DNA of 63,422 nucleotides from a virus (lineage: Duplodnaviria > Caudoviricetes): the IMG/VR virus record IMGVR_UViG_3300027996_000030, positions 1-63,422 of that record. The stretch is one strand, 5' to 3'. The notes beneath the pieces were generated by a model. That model ran no database searches and was not told where the DNA came from. It saw nothing but the letters and a program-made list of their open reading frames with translations. Shown piece by piece: positions 37,472-47,297 of the stretch. Position numbers and translations under genes: made by a program. How positions within the stretch are numbered: position 1 is the first letter of the stretch; each line of letters begins with the position of its first letter.

Positions 37472-37900
37472 TTATGCAGCCTCAACCTTGGCTTGAGCTT
37501 GTTCGACGGGGAGGGTGCGGCTCAAGTGAGCCAGCGCGTTGCGTTTGAGGTCACGCACCTTTGCATCGAAGGAAGCGATGGAGATAGCCCCCTCGGACAA
37601 GGCAGCGCGCCAAGCGGCAATGGCGGCCTCCATTGAGAGGATGATGTGGGCAACCTGTGCGTCCTGCAAGGTCATGCCCGAAGCCGCGTGCTCGTCCGTG
37701 GTGGTGATGAGATCCATATCTGCACCGGGACCGGAGGCGTCATCCTGAACAGTGTCCCATGCGGCGCTCATACCAGCGAAGTAGTCACCCCGCTTTGTCT
37801 TGACGGCTCGGGTCGCAACGACCTTCGTGATCCGCATACGACCTTTCACACGGCTCACTGTGTCCTTGATATGCTGAATATGGTTGGGATCGGCTGCCAT
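37472..37900 (-). CDS. hypothetical protein
   Basis: AGGAG RBS, middle motif upstream. Confidence 0.7.
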   Translation of the reverse strand: MAADPNHIQHIKDTVSRVKGRMRITKVVATRAVKTKRGDYFAGMSAAWDTVQDDASGPGADMDLITTTDEHAASGMTLQDAQVAHIILSMEAAIAAWRAALSEGAISIASFDAKVRDLKRNALAHLSRTLPVEQAQAKVEAA

Positions 37901-37949
37901 GATGGACTCCTGATTTTGTCCAACCCCTACGAGGGGCGGTCCATCCCTT

Positions 37950-37978
37950 TACCGGAACAAAGGGGTGGCTTTACCCCC
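37950..37978 (-). promoter_or_regulatory. putative middle promoter GGGGGTAA-N15-CCGGTA
   Basis: Recurrent motif. Confidence 0.7.
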
Positions 37979-40230
37979 TACTCCCACAGACGACCCAAAA
38001 GGTGTGTGTTGCGCTTGTTGGCCTTGTCGTTCTGGACCGCTTTCCAGACAGCATGGCGCGTCCCTACAATGAGGACACGCTTCTTGGCTCGCGTGATCGC
38101 CGTGTAAAGCAGGTTTCGCTGCAACTGCCACCCAAAGGACTCAAGCATGGGCACCACGATAATGTCGTACTCCTGCCCTTGGCTTTTGTGGATGGTCTGT
38201 GCGTAAGCGAGCCGGATAGGGGGCGATCCGTCCTTCAAGTTGTACCGGATCTCCTGTCGAGGCTGACCCGGCTCCGCGAAAACGTGAATCACCAGTTCTT
38301 TCGTCTTGTGGTTGATCCTGTTGACCTTGCCCACGTCGCCATTGTAGACGCTTCGTTCGTAGTCATTTTTGACCACCATGATCCTGTCGCCTTCGCGGAC
38401 CACGGACCCTGCCAGATTTCTCTCCGCTCGGGAACCGCTTGGGGGATTGATCGCCAAGCGCAGCATCTCATTGAGGTTGGTGACCCCAGCGTCACCCGCG
38501 TGGCGAGGTGAGAGCACCTGGAAGTTGACGCTCTTGTCATACAGCCTCTTGGCGATCTGCATGACAAGCAGCGAAGCTATCTTGTCGTCGTATGCCTCAA
38601 TGAGCTTGAAGTCGGGCTGTTCCACGTCAGGCATACGGCCTGCATGGACATCGTGGGCTGCGACGACAATCCCAGAGGTTCCTTCCTGACGGAAAATCTC
38701 ATGGAGATGCGTGTGGGGAAACGCCTTGGACGCTGCGAGATCACGGAGAACATCGCCCGCTCCGACAGAAGGCAACTGGAACGGGTCGCCCACGAACACC
38801 ATCCGACACGTCGGGAGTGTCCCTTGGAGGAGTCGATACAGCATGTGGAGATCAAGCATAGAGGACTCGTCTACGATCACGACCTGTGCTGGGTGTGGGT
38901 TCTCGGGACCGTGCCCCCATTCTTGTTTCTTGGTGTCATCGTCAGAGGTGCCTTGTTCCAACCCGACGATGCCAACGTAGGTGGACTCACGTTCAGAGGC
39001 GTCCTTCTTCCACCCCTTCGCAGCAAAGGCGCGATGAACGGTCGAAGCATCCGAACCCGTCACTGAAGCCAACCGCTTCGCCGCGATGCCTGTAGGGGCT
39101 ACAAGTAGGAACGGGATGCTGGCGTCCTTCAGCACGGACACCGCTGCCCTGAGCGTCGTCGTCTTGCCTGTACCGGGAAGCCCTGTGAACACGCTGACAG
39201 GAACAGTCAGGACACGGAGGGCAGCGAGCCGCTGCGTCTCGGTCAACGTGACCTGATGACCCTGCGCCCACTTGTTCAACTCGTCTTCAGCATACGCCTT
39301 ATCCAAGCCCTCACCCGCTTCGGCATGGCGTTGAGACAGAATCTCCGCGCACTCAACCTCCATTCGGTGTGTCCACGGGTCGTACAAAAGGACCGTGCCC
39401 TCGTTGTTGCGCTCCACAACCAACTGCTTCTGCCCATGCAAGAGCGTGATAGCGGCGGCGATCTGTGACGACGGGATTTCTGCACCGGGGATCATCTTGT
39501 TCACCGCGTTGAGCACCTGCCCGGTGAGCGCGTACACATGACCCTCCTTTGCGACATCCTGTACGGCGGTCAGGACTGCACCGCTCAGACGACCCTCGTT
39601 GCTCAAGGGGACATTGAGCCTTCGGGCTACTTCATCGGCTTCCGCGAACTTGATCCCAGCCACTCGAACCAAGATCCACGGGTCTTCTGTGATCTTCTCC
39701 TCCAACTCATCTCCGAGAACGCTCCACACCTTGCCGATGACGCGGGCCGGAACCCCCGCCTCGGACAAGAACAGGGCTGCATCAAGATGGGCTTTGAGCG
39801 CACGCCAACGAGTGATCACGAACAGGGCGGACATCTCGTCTAGGCCAGACCCCGTGAGATCCCCTGCATCAAGCATCTCTACGAGGCTCATGCCTCTACT
39901 CTCCGCGTGGATCAACAACTGGAGTCGAAGCTGTGGGCCGACCCCATTGGCGGAAAGGGCTGAGATTGATCTCTCCTCGGTCCACCTTTGAACGGCGACA
40001 GGACTGCGTGTCACGGATATCTGCCGCCCATATTGGCGATGGGTGATCCACTTGCCTGCAAAGGACACCCAGGAACCTACAACGACATTCTGCGCCGGGA
40101 ACGCTCCCGTGACGGTGACGGAGGTGGTCGCCTCACCATCGAGAACGACCTTGGCGATCCGAAAATCGTCATTCTGATAAATGATCGCAGCGACTCGACC
40201 GCTGTAGGACTGCTCAGTCATTGATGACAC
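37978..40230 (-). CDS. recD2: RecD2-like SF1B helicase
   Basis: N-terminal OB/HhH, GLPGTGKTT, APTGIAA, DESSM, GDPFQLPSV, HKSQGQE, YTAITRA. Confidence 0.9.
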   Translation of the reverse strand: MSSMTEQSYSGRVAAIIYQNDDFRIAKVVLDGEATTSVTVTGAFPAQNVVVGSWVSFAGKWITHRQYGRQISVTRSPVAVQRWTEERSISALSANGVGPQLRLQLLIHAESRGMSLVEMLDAGDLTGSGLDEMSALFVITRWRALKAHLDAALFLSEAGVPARVIGKVWSVLGDELEEKITEDPWILVRVAGIKFAEADEVARRLNVPLSNEGRLSGAVLTAVQDVAKEGHVYALTGQVLNAVNKMIPGAEIPSSQIAAAITLLHGQKQLVVERNNEGTVLLYDPWTHRMEVECAEILSQRHAEAGEGLDKAYAEDELNKWAQGHQVTLTETQRLAALRVLTVPVSVFTGLPGTGKTTTLRAAVSVLKDASIPFLLVAPTGIAAKRLASVTGSDASTVHRAFAAKGWKKDASERESTYVGIVGLEQGTSDDDTKKQEWGHGPENPHPAQVVIVDESSMLDLHMLYRLLQGTLPTCRMVFVGDPFQLPSVGAGDVLRDLAASKAFPHTHLHEIFRQEGTSGIVVAAHDVHAGRMPDVEQPDFKLIEAYDDKIASLLVMQIAKRLYDKSVNFQVLSPRHAGDAGVTNLNEMLRLAINPPSGSRAERNLAGSVVREGDRIMVVKNDYERSVYNGDVGKVNRINHKTKELVIHVFAEPGQPRQEIRYNLKDGSPPIRLAYAQTIHKSQGQEYDIIVVPMLESFGWQLQRNLLYTAITRAKKRVLIVGTRHAVWKAVQNDKANKRNTHLLGRLWE

Positions 40231-40687
40231 CCTTGAGGGATTCCAGTACCGCCACCATCAGTTCTGCTTCACGAAGCAGTGCTTCAGAGGACGCATCTGG
40301 TTCTGGTTCTTGTAGGGATTCATTGGTCATCAAGATCAAGCGACCATGATGGCCATTCATCACATCAAAGCGGAGCACGCCAGCCCCCACACTCCAACTC
40401 CCTTCACCGCTCTGGGAAAGGGTGCCGTTGTGACTCTGGTTGAACAACCAACCGGGTTGTTCACTGTGCCCATGCGGACAGTGACCATTCCACAAACAGG
40501 AACCGCCTCCGGGGAGGCTCTTGTTGACCGGCTGTGGAGGGAAGTGATGAAGGTGCGCTAGAAGATCGACGTGGAGCCAATCACCCAGAACCGTACTCAG
40601 ACTCTGCCGAACACGGCCCGCCGTGTGGACGTGGATATCGTTGAGGGCCACTTCAAAGAGGCCCTCCAATAAGAGTAGGGGTTTCAT
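40214..40687 (-). CDS. hypothetical protein
   Basis: Directly below middle motif, overlaps recD2 start. Confidence 0.65.
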   Translation of the reverse strand: MKPLLLLEGLFEVALNDIHVHTAGRVRQSLSTVLGDWLHVDLLAHLHHFPPQPVNKSLPGGGSCLWNGHCPHGHSEQPGWLFNQSHNGTLSQSGEGSWSVGAGVLRFDVMNGHHGRLILMTNESLQEPEPDASSEALLREAELMVAVLESLKGVIND

Positions 40688-40698
40688 GCTTACCTACT

Positions 40699-40727
40699 TA
40701 CCCGTAAGGAGCCGAGACTTTGCCCCC
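40699..40727 (-). promoter_or_regulatory. putative middle promoter GGGGGCAA-N15-CGGGTA
   Basis: Recurrent motif. Confidence 0.7.
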
Positions 40728-40730
40728 GTT

Positions 40731-40982
40731 TCAGAGTGCCTTGTGGACAAGTGCCTTCATGGAACGGATCGCCTGGACGTAGGACAACGCCGGGACACGG
40801 GCGGTGTCGGAAAAGTACCCCCGTTTGAGATCAGACAAAGAGGCGTCTGTGCTGTCGAACAAGAAAACGACACGCTTCCCTTCCCGCTCCACCCCCAGGA
40901 ACGGGACTTCAGCCACCCGAAGGTACGCCGCGTAGTAGAGATCAGATGTTCGATATGAGATCAAAAGAGAAACTCCGGGCAC
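40731..40982 (-). CDS. small DUF5659-like phage protein
   Basis: YRTSDLYYAAYL...RVVFLF pattern; start uncertain. Confidence 0.6.
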   Translation of the reverse strand: MPGVSLLISYRTSDLYYAAYLRVAEVPFLGVEREGKRVVFLFDSTDASLSDLKRGYFSDTARVPALSYVQAIRSMKALVHKAL

Positions 40983-41050
40983 GATAGATCGTACCCGGAG
41001 CTAAGTAAATCAAGCAATCGGAGGAAGGTTGAGGGACAACCCGCCCAAGA

Positions 41051-41743
41051 TTAGACGAGGACCGCGCCGGTATCGTCGTAGCAGACGGCTGCGGCACCGG
41101 CAACCGTGCCGTAGGTGAAGGTCGCAGCGGTAAGGGTAGCAAGATCACCACCACCGAGGGACATCGAGAACGCTCCGCTTTGGTACAACTGACGGTAATC
41201 GCCAGCGTCGAACGTGCCGGACACCGAAGGATTGAAGGTGCCCGTAGGCGTTTCGGTGACGGAACCCGCTGGGAGGGTGTAGGTGTTGCCCGAAATGATT
41301 TGGAGGACTTCAGCCACCGAACCCGTCGAGGCGGAACCACCGGCACTCGTAAGCTCCGTGGTGGCCGCAACAAGAGACAAAGCGACATTGATGGCCGCCA
41401 GGGTCAAAGCACCACCGGCATCAGCGATTGCGATGAGCGCGGTGGAGGCGGTGAGTGCGTCAGCGTCCGAGAAAGCGCCTGTACCTGCTCCGAGGCCGGT
41501 GGCCTCAACGTGGTCGAGCAAATAGGCGGCGAGGCCGACGTAAGCAGCGGCGGTTACGTCATCACCACCGGCTGCGGCGGTGACGACAGCATCGTTTTCG
41601 ACGCGATCACCGAGATATCCGCTCTGGGAAACCTTGTCGTAAGTCAAGGACCGACGAGAGGTGTTGGGCTTCAGGTCCGTGATCTGAACGATCCCGTGTG
41701 AAAGGTCGGTACGAATCCGACAGATATATGCTTCGTTGGCCAT
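41051..41743 (-). CDS. Ala/Thr/Gly-rich putative virion protein
   Basis: ATG 41743 after GGAG; late-type motif upstream. Confidence 0.7.
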   Translation of the reverse strand: MANEAYICRIRTDLSHGIVQITDLKPNTSRRSLTYDKVSQSGYLGDRVENDAVVTAAAGGDDVTAAAYVGLAAYLLDHVEATGLGAGTGAFSDADALTASTALIAIADAGGALTLAAINVALSLVAATTELTSAGGSASTGSVAEVLQIISGNTYTLPAGSVTETPTGTFNPSVSGTFDAGDYRQLYQSGAFSMSLGGGDLATLTAATFTYGTVAGAAAVCYDDTGAVLV

Positions 41744-41798
41744 GATGTGTACTCCGAAAGTGAGATGAAAGGTTGGACCCTCACTCATTGAGGGCCTT

Positions 41799-41813
41799 AT
41801 CGAATGATTACCG
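41799..41813 (-). promoter_or_regulatory. putative late promoter CGGTAA-tcat-TCGAT
   Basis: Variant copy. Confidence 0.55.
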
Positions 41814-42485
41814 AAGTCCGCTGACCACGGTGGCAGTCAGGGAGAAGTCTACGGTGCCACCGTCACCGTGAAAGTAGAGAGCGGTCCCGCCAAAAGCGAA
41901 GGTCTGAGTAGCTCCTGCGGCCAAGATTGCTTCGGGCATTCCTGCATCCAAAGCAACGTACAGCACGTCGGCAAGGTCACCGTTCGATATCGTGATGTTA
42001 TCGAGCATCCGAGGAAATGAGATCACCATTGCCCCAGAGGGCGGTAGACCTGTCGCCAAAACAGCAACGTCAGGAGCGGTGCCCGACAGAGAGATGGTGC
42101 GGTGGGCGGTGCTGAAGAAATTAGCCGGGGGCACTACGACGATAGGGCCGACAGGCAAAGACGCACCTGTATGATCAATCTCAGTCACCCGGACAAAGTT
42201 GATCCCGGAGTCGCCGTGGATGGTAGCCGATGAGTAATCATCGAAGTTGACCTGAGCGACCGTGCGATCTCGAAAGTTCTCTGCCACTCGACTGACCGAG
42301 TTGGACTGAAGCGTCGGAGAACGGAACCAAGTGCCTCTCGGAATCGTGAACATCGTCGTCGCGCCAGCGAAAGCGGCGTCCAGAGTGTTCGCAGCGCCGA
42401 ACTGATACTGAGCGACGTGGGGGCGGTTCGTCAGAATGAACTGTGCCACGCCTGTCCCACGCTCACCTAGATGGGGTGTAGCCAT
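41808..42485 (-). CDS. putative virion protein (beta-rich)
   Basis: AGGAG RBS, late motif upstream. Confidence 0.7.
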   Translation of the reverse strand: MATPHLGERGTGVAQFILTNRPHVAQYQFGAANTLDAAFAGATTMFTIPRGTWFRSPTLQSNSVSRVAENFRDRTVAQVNFDDYSSATIHGDSGINFVRVTEIDHTGASLPVGPIVVVPPANFFSTAHRTISLSGTAPDVAVLATGLPPSGAMVISFPRMLDNITISNGDLADVLYVALDAGMPEAILAAGATQTFAFGGTALYFHGDGGTVDFSLTATVVSGLR

Positions 42486-42515
42486 ATCGTGCTCTCCTAC
42501 ACTGAAAGGAGAGCG

Positions 42516-42530
42516 ATAGACGAGCTACCG
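42516..42530 (-). promoter_or_regulatory. putative late promoter CGGTAG-ctcg-TCTAT
   Basis: Recurrent motif. Confidence 0.7.
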
Positions 42531-42719
42531 AGATGAAGGCCCCGAATCCGCGTCGATGATGTTCCGGTCACGGGCGAGGCGTTGACGAACACCGATGAAC
42601 AAACGCAAGACCACTACTGCCGCCATGACCGTGAACACAAATGACTTCACGAAGGCGGTGCTGAAGTCCACTGTCGCAGCCTCCATGAGCGTGAGATCAT
42701 TAGGTTCGGGTTCGATCAC
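42525..42719 (-). CDS. small single-TM membrane protein
   Basis: FVFTVMAAVVVLRLFIGV followed by basic residues; GTGA coupling. Confidence 0.55.
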   Translation of the reverse strand: MIEPEPNDLTLMEAATVDFSTAFVKSFVFTVMAAVVVLRLFIGVRQRLARDRNIIDADSGPSSR

Positions 42720-43096
42720 TTCTTTTCCACCGCCGCCCGCTTGTCATAGCCGGTCGTGTTTTTGCCTTTTGCTTTCGCCAGCTTCGATGCGTCCGACCAT
42801 GTTTCAACGCGCTCTCCCTCGACATTGGGAGCAAGGGTCACGGTAGAACCGCCTCGTTTGCGCTCGACTTGCTTCGCGTCGAGGCGTTGGTTCTTCTTAG
42901 CCATCTGGTTCTTGATTCGGTTGTTCTTTCCGGCCCAGCCATCACCTCGGAGGATGAAGTTGGTCGCCGTCACCAACTTCCTCGCTGGACCCGTGCCACA
43001 ACCAGGGCAGTTCTGAGGTTCCTTATACCGAGAAATCGGCAGTACCTTGTCGAAATCAGAGTCGCAGTCGTCACAGTGAAAAGCGTAAATCGGCAT
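42716..43096 (-). CDS. FmdB-family zinc-ribbon protein
   Basis: MPIYAFHCDDC...CPGCG...FILRGDGW. Confidence 0.8.
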   Translation of the reverse strand: MPIYAFHCDDCDSDFDKVLPISRYKEPQNCPGCGTGPARKLVTATNFILRGDGWAGKNNRIKNQMAKKNQRLDAKQVERKRGGSTVTLAPNVEGERVETWSDASKLAKAKGKNTTGYDKRAAVEKK

Positions 43097-43140
43097 TGGA
43101 GTTCCCGTAGAGATGATCTCGTCTGGGCACTGTACCCGCC

Positions 43141-45699
43141 CTACTCCGATGCCAAGCGGAGGATGGTCTTGCGCTCGGAGGAGCCGACCGGGAGTGTGGC
43201 AGCGAGTCGAATGAGAGCACCCTTCTTGGAGTCAGCCGCCAAGCGGAAGTTCTTTTTCTCGGTGAGTTGACCTACCAGCGACCCCGGAGCGTTGATGACG
43301 ACATCACCCTTCGGGTGGTGCAGTTTCCCGTCGATGTAGGTGAGTTCCCTGCCGCCGCCCTGCTCTCGCATCCACTTGGAGACGGCAGCACCACCATCCA
43401 CATAGCCCCTGTCGTTTTTCTTCTTGGGCTTCCAGTACAGGTCGGGGCTGCTGAACGTCAGCGGAACCTTGATTTGTGCAGCCTTCTTCGGGACCGGACT
43501 CGGCTCATTGGTCTTGCCGTCGCCGTCCTTGTCGTTGCCCTTGGGATTCGGGTTGTCCTCGGAGGTGAACTGGTTCTTCTTCAGAGCCTCGGGGAGTTCC
43601 TTCTTGGCCCAACGAGCCAGGTGGGGGTTGTTGTTGTCGCCCAACCAGCGTTCCACATCCGACCACAAAGACTCGCCGTCCTTGATGCGCTCCAGTGCCG
43701 AACGGACACTGGAAGGGAGGCTGTCATAGTCCGACACGGCCCGTGAGCCTGCGGAGTCGAGGTACTTCTGAAGCACCTTCTCCTGACGCTTCATCAGGCG
43801 GGCGGTGCGATTCATATTGGCTCCTTCGGACGCCTTCAAGGCGGCCAGTTTTCCTGGGTCCGTGTCCTTGAAGAACAGGTAGATGTCGATTTCAAAGCCG
43901 TTGGCTGTGTCGAGCGATAAGCGACCGGGCCTGCGGCTCACCTTCGCCACCACCCCGTTGACGTTGAGCTTACGCAGCGCCTTGACCAGTGCCTTGCGGG
44001 ACGCGGCGTAGAGCGACTTGACGCTGCTCGGGTCCGCTTCCCACGTCTCGCGGGACAGGATGCCTTTGGCGTTGAGGCTGTACCGGGCCACGGGAACACC
44101 TTGGACCATACCGGCCTTGCCACCCTGGATGTGGCCGAAGAAGCTCGTCATACCCAAGGGTCGAAGGGCTGATTCGATGTCCTTCTCCATGACGGGGACT
44201 GCTGCCTTAAAAGGAAGGATGCTGTCAGGGTTGGCTTGGAGTTGTGCCAAAAGACGTTGTGCTCCCCGGCTCATAGGGCGGGCGGTCTTGGGGGCAGCCT
44301 TCTTCGCCTTGAACTTCTCCAAGAGGTCGGCTGGCATCTTGCCGTCGTCCTTCTTCTTGTCGTCGGACTTCGCCTTCGACTTGCCCTTGCCGGGCTTTTT
44401 ACCAGCCTTCATGTCCTCGCAGTTCTGGACCATCGCTGGGGATTTCATCTTTTCACAGCCAGCCAAGATGATCTTACGCTCGGGTGATCCCACAGGCAGG
44501 GTTGCCGCCAATCGAATCATGGCAGAGCGTTCAGAGGCATTGATCTGACGGGAAGCACGACGCCGGATCGAGTCTCGGTAGACTTCTGCGATGTCGCGGT
44601 CCTTGAAAAACGCCTTCTCCTTAGAGGACAGGCCCTTCACGCCCAACGCCAGCTTATCTTCCATCGCCGCCAGCATCTTGGGGAGAATCTTGGAGAAAGA
44701 CTTCTGAAGCCCCTGCGTTGTCGGCACACCGTCGATGTACGGCTTGTCCGTCGTGGGGTCTACTTCGCCGTCGCCGTATTCGGCTTCGATCATCTCGACC
44801 ATGTGGTCACGCAGCTTCTTGGCTTCGATGGTCAGATCGCCCTTGCCTGCGCCCTTCTCTTTGTATTTGAGGACATTCTTGTTCTTCTTCATGCCGTCAA
44901 CCACGCCCTTCCACACCCGAAGCTGTCCGGGGGAGCTTGCCAGGGACCGTTCCATCAGGTTGTTGATCTGACGCAGATACAATGCCTGCGCGAGAAACTC
45001 CTCAAGGGGAGGCGGCTCGTAGTTGCCGGTGTCTTCGATCAACTGCCCTTCGGGATCGTACTCAAACTTGACGTTTGCGCCTGCATCCACACTGGAGAGC
45101 CAGTTCTTGGTACGGCTCTTGGCATACGAGGCCAGGAGGCCCTTCAACTGACGGAGGCCCCCAGTCTTGTTGCCCTTCAAGAACTGCACACCCATCAGGT
45201 AGTAGAGGCTCTGCCCTTTCGGGAAGGCAGGAGAGGTACGATCCTTGTACTTGTTCTCCTTCCGGTCGTAAATCATGCCGGGGTACTCAATGCAGCCGAA
45301 GCTCATGACTTGGGCAATGTCCTCACCGGATACACCCTTCGCACCGGGGCTGGTGTTCTCGGACATTCCACCGACCTGGCTTGCCGCTGCACGCTGCACA
45401 ACGGTGTACAGACCGAAATCCGTCCCGCGCTTCATCCACGCTTCCGCAACCTCTGGCTTGAAGCCATGCTCTAGCATCGCAGCGATGTAGGGCTGCGTGT
45501 CGCCCTTCGTCACGTTCCTCTGAGCCTTGTCAGCAGTCTGCTTCATCAGGCCACCAAGAAACTGCATCCGGGCATGGTGGTCTTCACCAGCGCCCGCTGC
45601 CTTGAGGTAAGCGAGAAGGACACGACGCTCGGAGGAGCCGGAAGGATAAAATGCCGCAAGCCGGGTCAGAGCTAGGGATGCTGTGCGCGTTAGTGCCAT
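43141..45699 (-). CDS. 852-aa modular late protein carrying three LIRLA modules
   Basis: Modules at N-terminus, internally (~44458-44545) and C-terminus; [KR]xA junctions. Confidence 0.8.
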   Translation of the reverse strand: MALTRTASLALTRLAAFYPSGSSERRVLLAYLKAAGAGEDHHARMQFLGGLMKQTADKAQRNVTKGDTQPYIAAMLEHGFKPEVAEAWMKRGTDFGLYTVVQRAAASQVGGMSENTSPGAKGVSGEDIAQVMSFGCIEYPGMIYDRKENKYKDRTSPAFPKGQSLYYLMGVQFLKGNKTGGLRQLKGLLASYAKSRTKNWLSSVDAGANVKFEYDPEGQLIEDTGNYEPPPLEEFLAQALYLRQINNLMERSLASSPGQLRVWKGVVDGMKKNKNVLKYKEKGAGKGDLTIEAKKLRDHMVEMIEAEYGDGEVDPTTDKPYIDGVPTTQGLQKSFSKILPKMLAAMEDKLALGVKGLSSKEKAFFKDRDIAEVYRDSIRRRASRQINASERSAMIRLAATLPVGSPERKIILAGCEKMKSPAMVQNCEDMKAGKKPGKGKSKAKSDDKKKDDGKMPADLLEKFKAKKAAPKTARPMSRGAQRLLAQLQANPDSILPFKAAVPVMEKDIESALRPLGMTSFFGHIQGGKAGMVQGVPVARYSLNAKGILSRETWEADPSSVKSLYAASRKALVKALRKLNVNGVVAKVSRRPGRLSLDTANGFEIDIYLFFKDTDPGKLAALKASEGANMNRTARLMKRQEKVLQKYLDSAGSRAVSDYDSLPSSVRSALERIKDGESLWSDVERWLGDNNNPHLARWAKKELPEALKKNQFTSEDNPNPKGNDKDGDGKTNEPSPVPKKAAQIKVPLTFSSPDLYWKPKKKNDRGYVDGGAAVSKWMREQGGGRELTYIDGKLHHPKGDVVINAPGSLVGQLTEKKNFRLAADSKKGALIRLAATLPVGSSERKTILRLASE

Positions 45700-45729
45700 G
45701 AGTGAGACTCCTATGCGCCTTTGAGGTCC

Positions 45730-45744
45730 ATAGACTGTCTACCG
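45730..45744 (-). promoter_or_regulatory. putative late promoter CGGTAG-acag-TCTAT
   Basis: Recurrent motif upstream of 45699. Confidence 0.7.
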
Positions 45745-45832
45745 AGACACCCCCATGAGCCGTTGCCAAACGACCGGAAAAGGCCACGGGGAAGCGACTC
45801 GAAAAAGAATCCACTTTGATCCACTTTACGGG

Positions 45833-45861
45833 TTGACAGGGCTGAGGGCATCTCCTATTCT
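45833..45861 (+). promoter_or_regulatory. host sigma70-type early promoter TTGACA-N17-TATTCT
   Basis: Perfect -35, 17-nt spacer, 4/6 -10; upstream of sigma-like gene. Confidence 0.75.
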
Positions 45862-45952
45862 CTGGGAGTCACGTCACGACCCGCTCGAAAAGAGCACTGT
45901 CACGACACGACTTACCCTAAGTCCTGCCTCGCCTTGCGAGCACGGAGAGTCA

Positions 45953-46837
45953 ATGCAAAAGTCGCCTGCAAGTCCTGTTGTTGTTCCCACCCTCACACGC
46001 CGTTGGGTCGAGGAACAGCTTGTCACCCGTCGCATTGATCTCAAGATAGTCTCCTATCTTGCTCGACGATTCCCCTATGAGGATCAAGACGATCTCCTCG
46101 GAACCGTTGGGGAGTGTCTGGCCAAATGGAGCCAGAGGGGCACCCTCGACAAATACATCGCTGACGGTTCCCTGACGCTGGGGGTGCTGAAAGGCTGGGT
46201 ACGGCAGAAGGTCATCGCCCAGATGCTCCATGAGGGCCGTGAGCCGGTGTGCCGTGGCTATGGCAAACGCTCGGACGTGGAGGTCGAGGCGTCCAAGATT
46301 CTAGGTCTGCCTTTGACCACGATGTCGAACACATCGATCAGGTCGGACCCGACCGCTCCTGACACCGTCATCGTCTACGACGCCAATGATGTCGCAATGG
46401 GCAGAGAGGTCGTTGAGGCGACGACACCCGAGTCTCTGGTGTCAGAGGCCCATGATCGCGTCCAAGCCCTTCGTGAAGGCCGTCGCTACGTCGCAGCGAC
46501 ATTCCGAGAGGCTGCGGATCGCTACCTCACCATTTTCGACGCTGTTTTTGTCGAGGGCGCGAGTCGAACCGAGATCGCAGCCCGTGAAGGCTGTAGCGTC
46601 CAACGAATCAGTCAGTTGACGACCCGAGTTCGCAACAGCGTCCGAGACGGGGAGATCATCCGATCCGATGCAGGACACATCCTCTCTCTGATTGACGCTG
46701 ACCCTTGCTCAACGTGGACGGAGATCAAAAAGGATCTCCGTATCGACAAGCCTCGCTTCCGCCGTGCGATTGCCTACCTCCAGCAAGAGGCTCTGGTGCA
46801 AGAGCACGCCGGGGAATCGTTCAGCATCATTCGCTGA
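45953..46837 (+). CDS. phage RNA polymerase sigma-like factor with extra C-terminal wHTH
   Basis: ATG 45953 after GGAGAG; region-2-like EDQDDLL...LKGWVRQKV; region-4 SRTEIAAREGCSVQRISQLTTRVR. Confidence 0.7.
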   Translation: MQKSPASPVVVPTLTRRWVEEQLVTRRIDLKIVSYLARRFPYEDQDDLLGTVGECLAKWSQRGTLDKYIADGSLTLGVLKGWVRQKVIAQMLHEGREPVCRGYGKRSDVEVEASKILGLPLTTMSNTSIRSDPTAPDTVIVYDANDVAMGREVVEATTPESLVSEAHDRVQALREGRRYVAATFREAADRYLTIFDAVFVEGASRTEIAAREGCSVQRISQLTTRVRNSVRDGEIIRSDAGHILSLIDADPCSTWTEIKKDLRIDKPRFRRAIAYLQQEALVQEHAGESFSIIR

Positions 46838-47297
46838 TCAAAGGTGTCGTAGCTACGACACCTGTAGGCTCCGTAGAAGGGCTACCATCCAGGTCCGTCA
46901 ACACAGAGCCTTCGATCAACATGGCGACAGGGAACGAGTGCGTCGGATCAAAGACGAGCAACCCCCAGAGCGACCCTCCCTGATTTCTTGCACTCAAGGC
47001 CGGACAGCCCATCTTCTTCATGATCCGGGCTGTGTGTACCAGTGCTTCCTCAGCATCGGCCCAAACCCCCACCTGACGCACAGGTGCTCCATCTTGAGTC
47101 AGAATCCAAACAGGGTGCATGGCGGCATTATTAGACACGGGCTTGACCTTCTTCTGGTGCATGGGGTACATGCTACCCGTGGCTCCCGTCCTAACGGATG
47201 GGAAGTCTTGGTCCCCAAGGTCACTTCTGCCCTGATTCCGGTCAGGTGAGCAGTCTGAACCAACCGGGAGCCGGGATCGGGGAAACCCGAAGGTCAA
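46827..47297 (-). CDS. hypothetical protein (true start likely further 3')
   Basis: C-terminal part looks globular; start unclear. Confidence 0.35.
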   Translation of the reverse strand: MTFGFPRSRLPVGSDCSPDRNQGRSDLGDQDFPSVRTGATGSMYPMHQKKVKPVSNNAAMHPVWILTQDGAPVRQVGVWADAEEALVHTARIMKKMGCPALSARNQGGSLWGLLVFDPTHSFPVAMLIEGSVLTDLDGSPSTEPTGVVATTPLISE

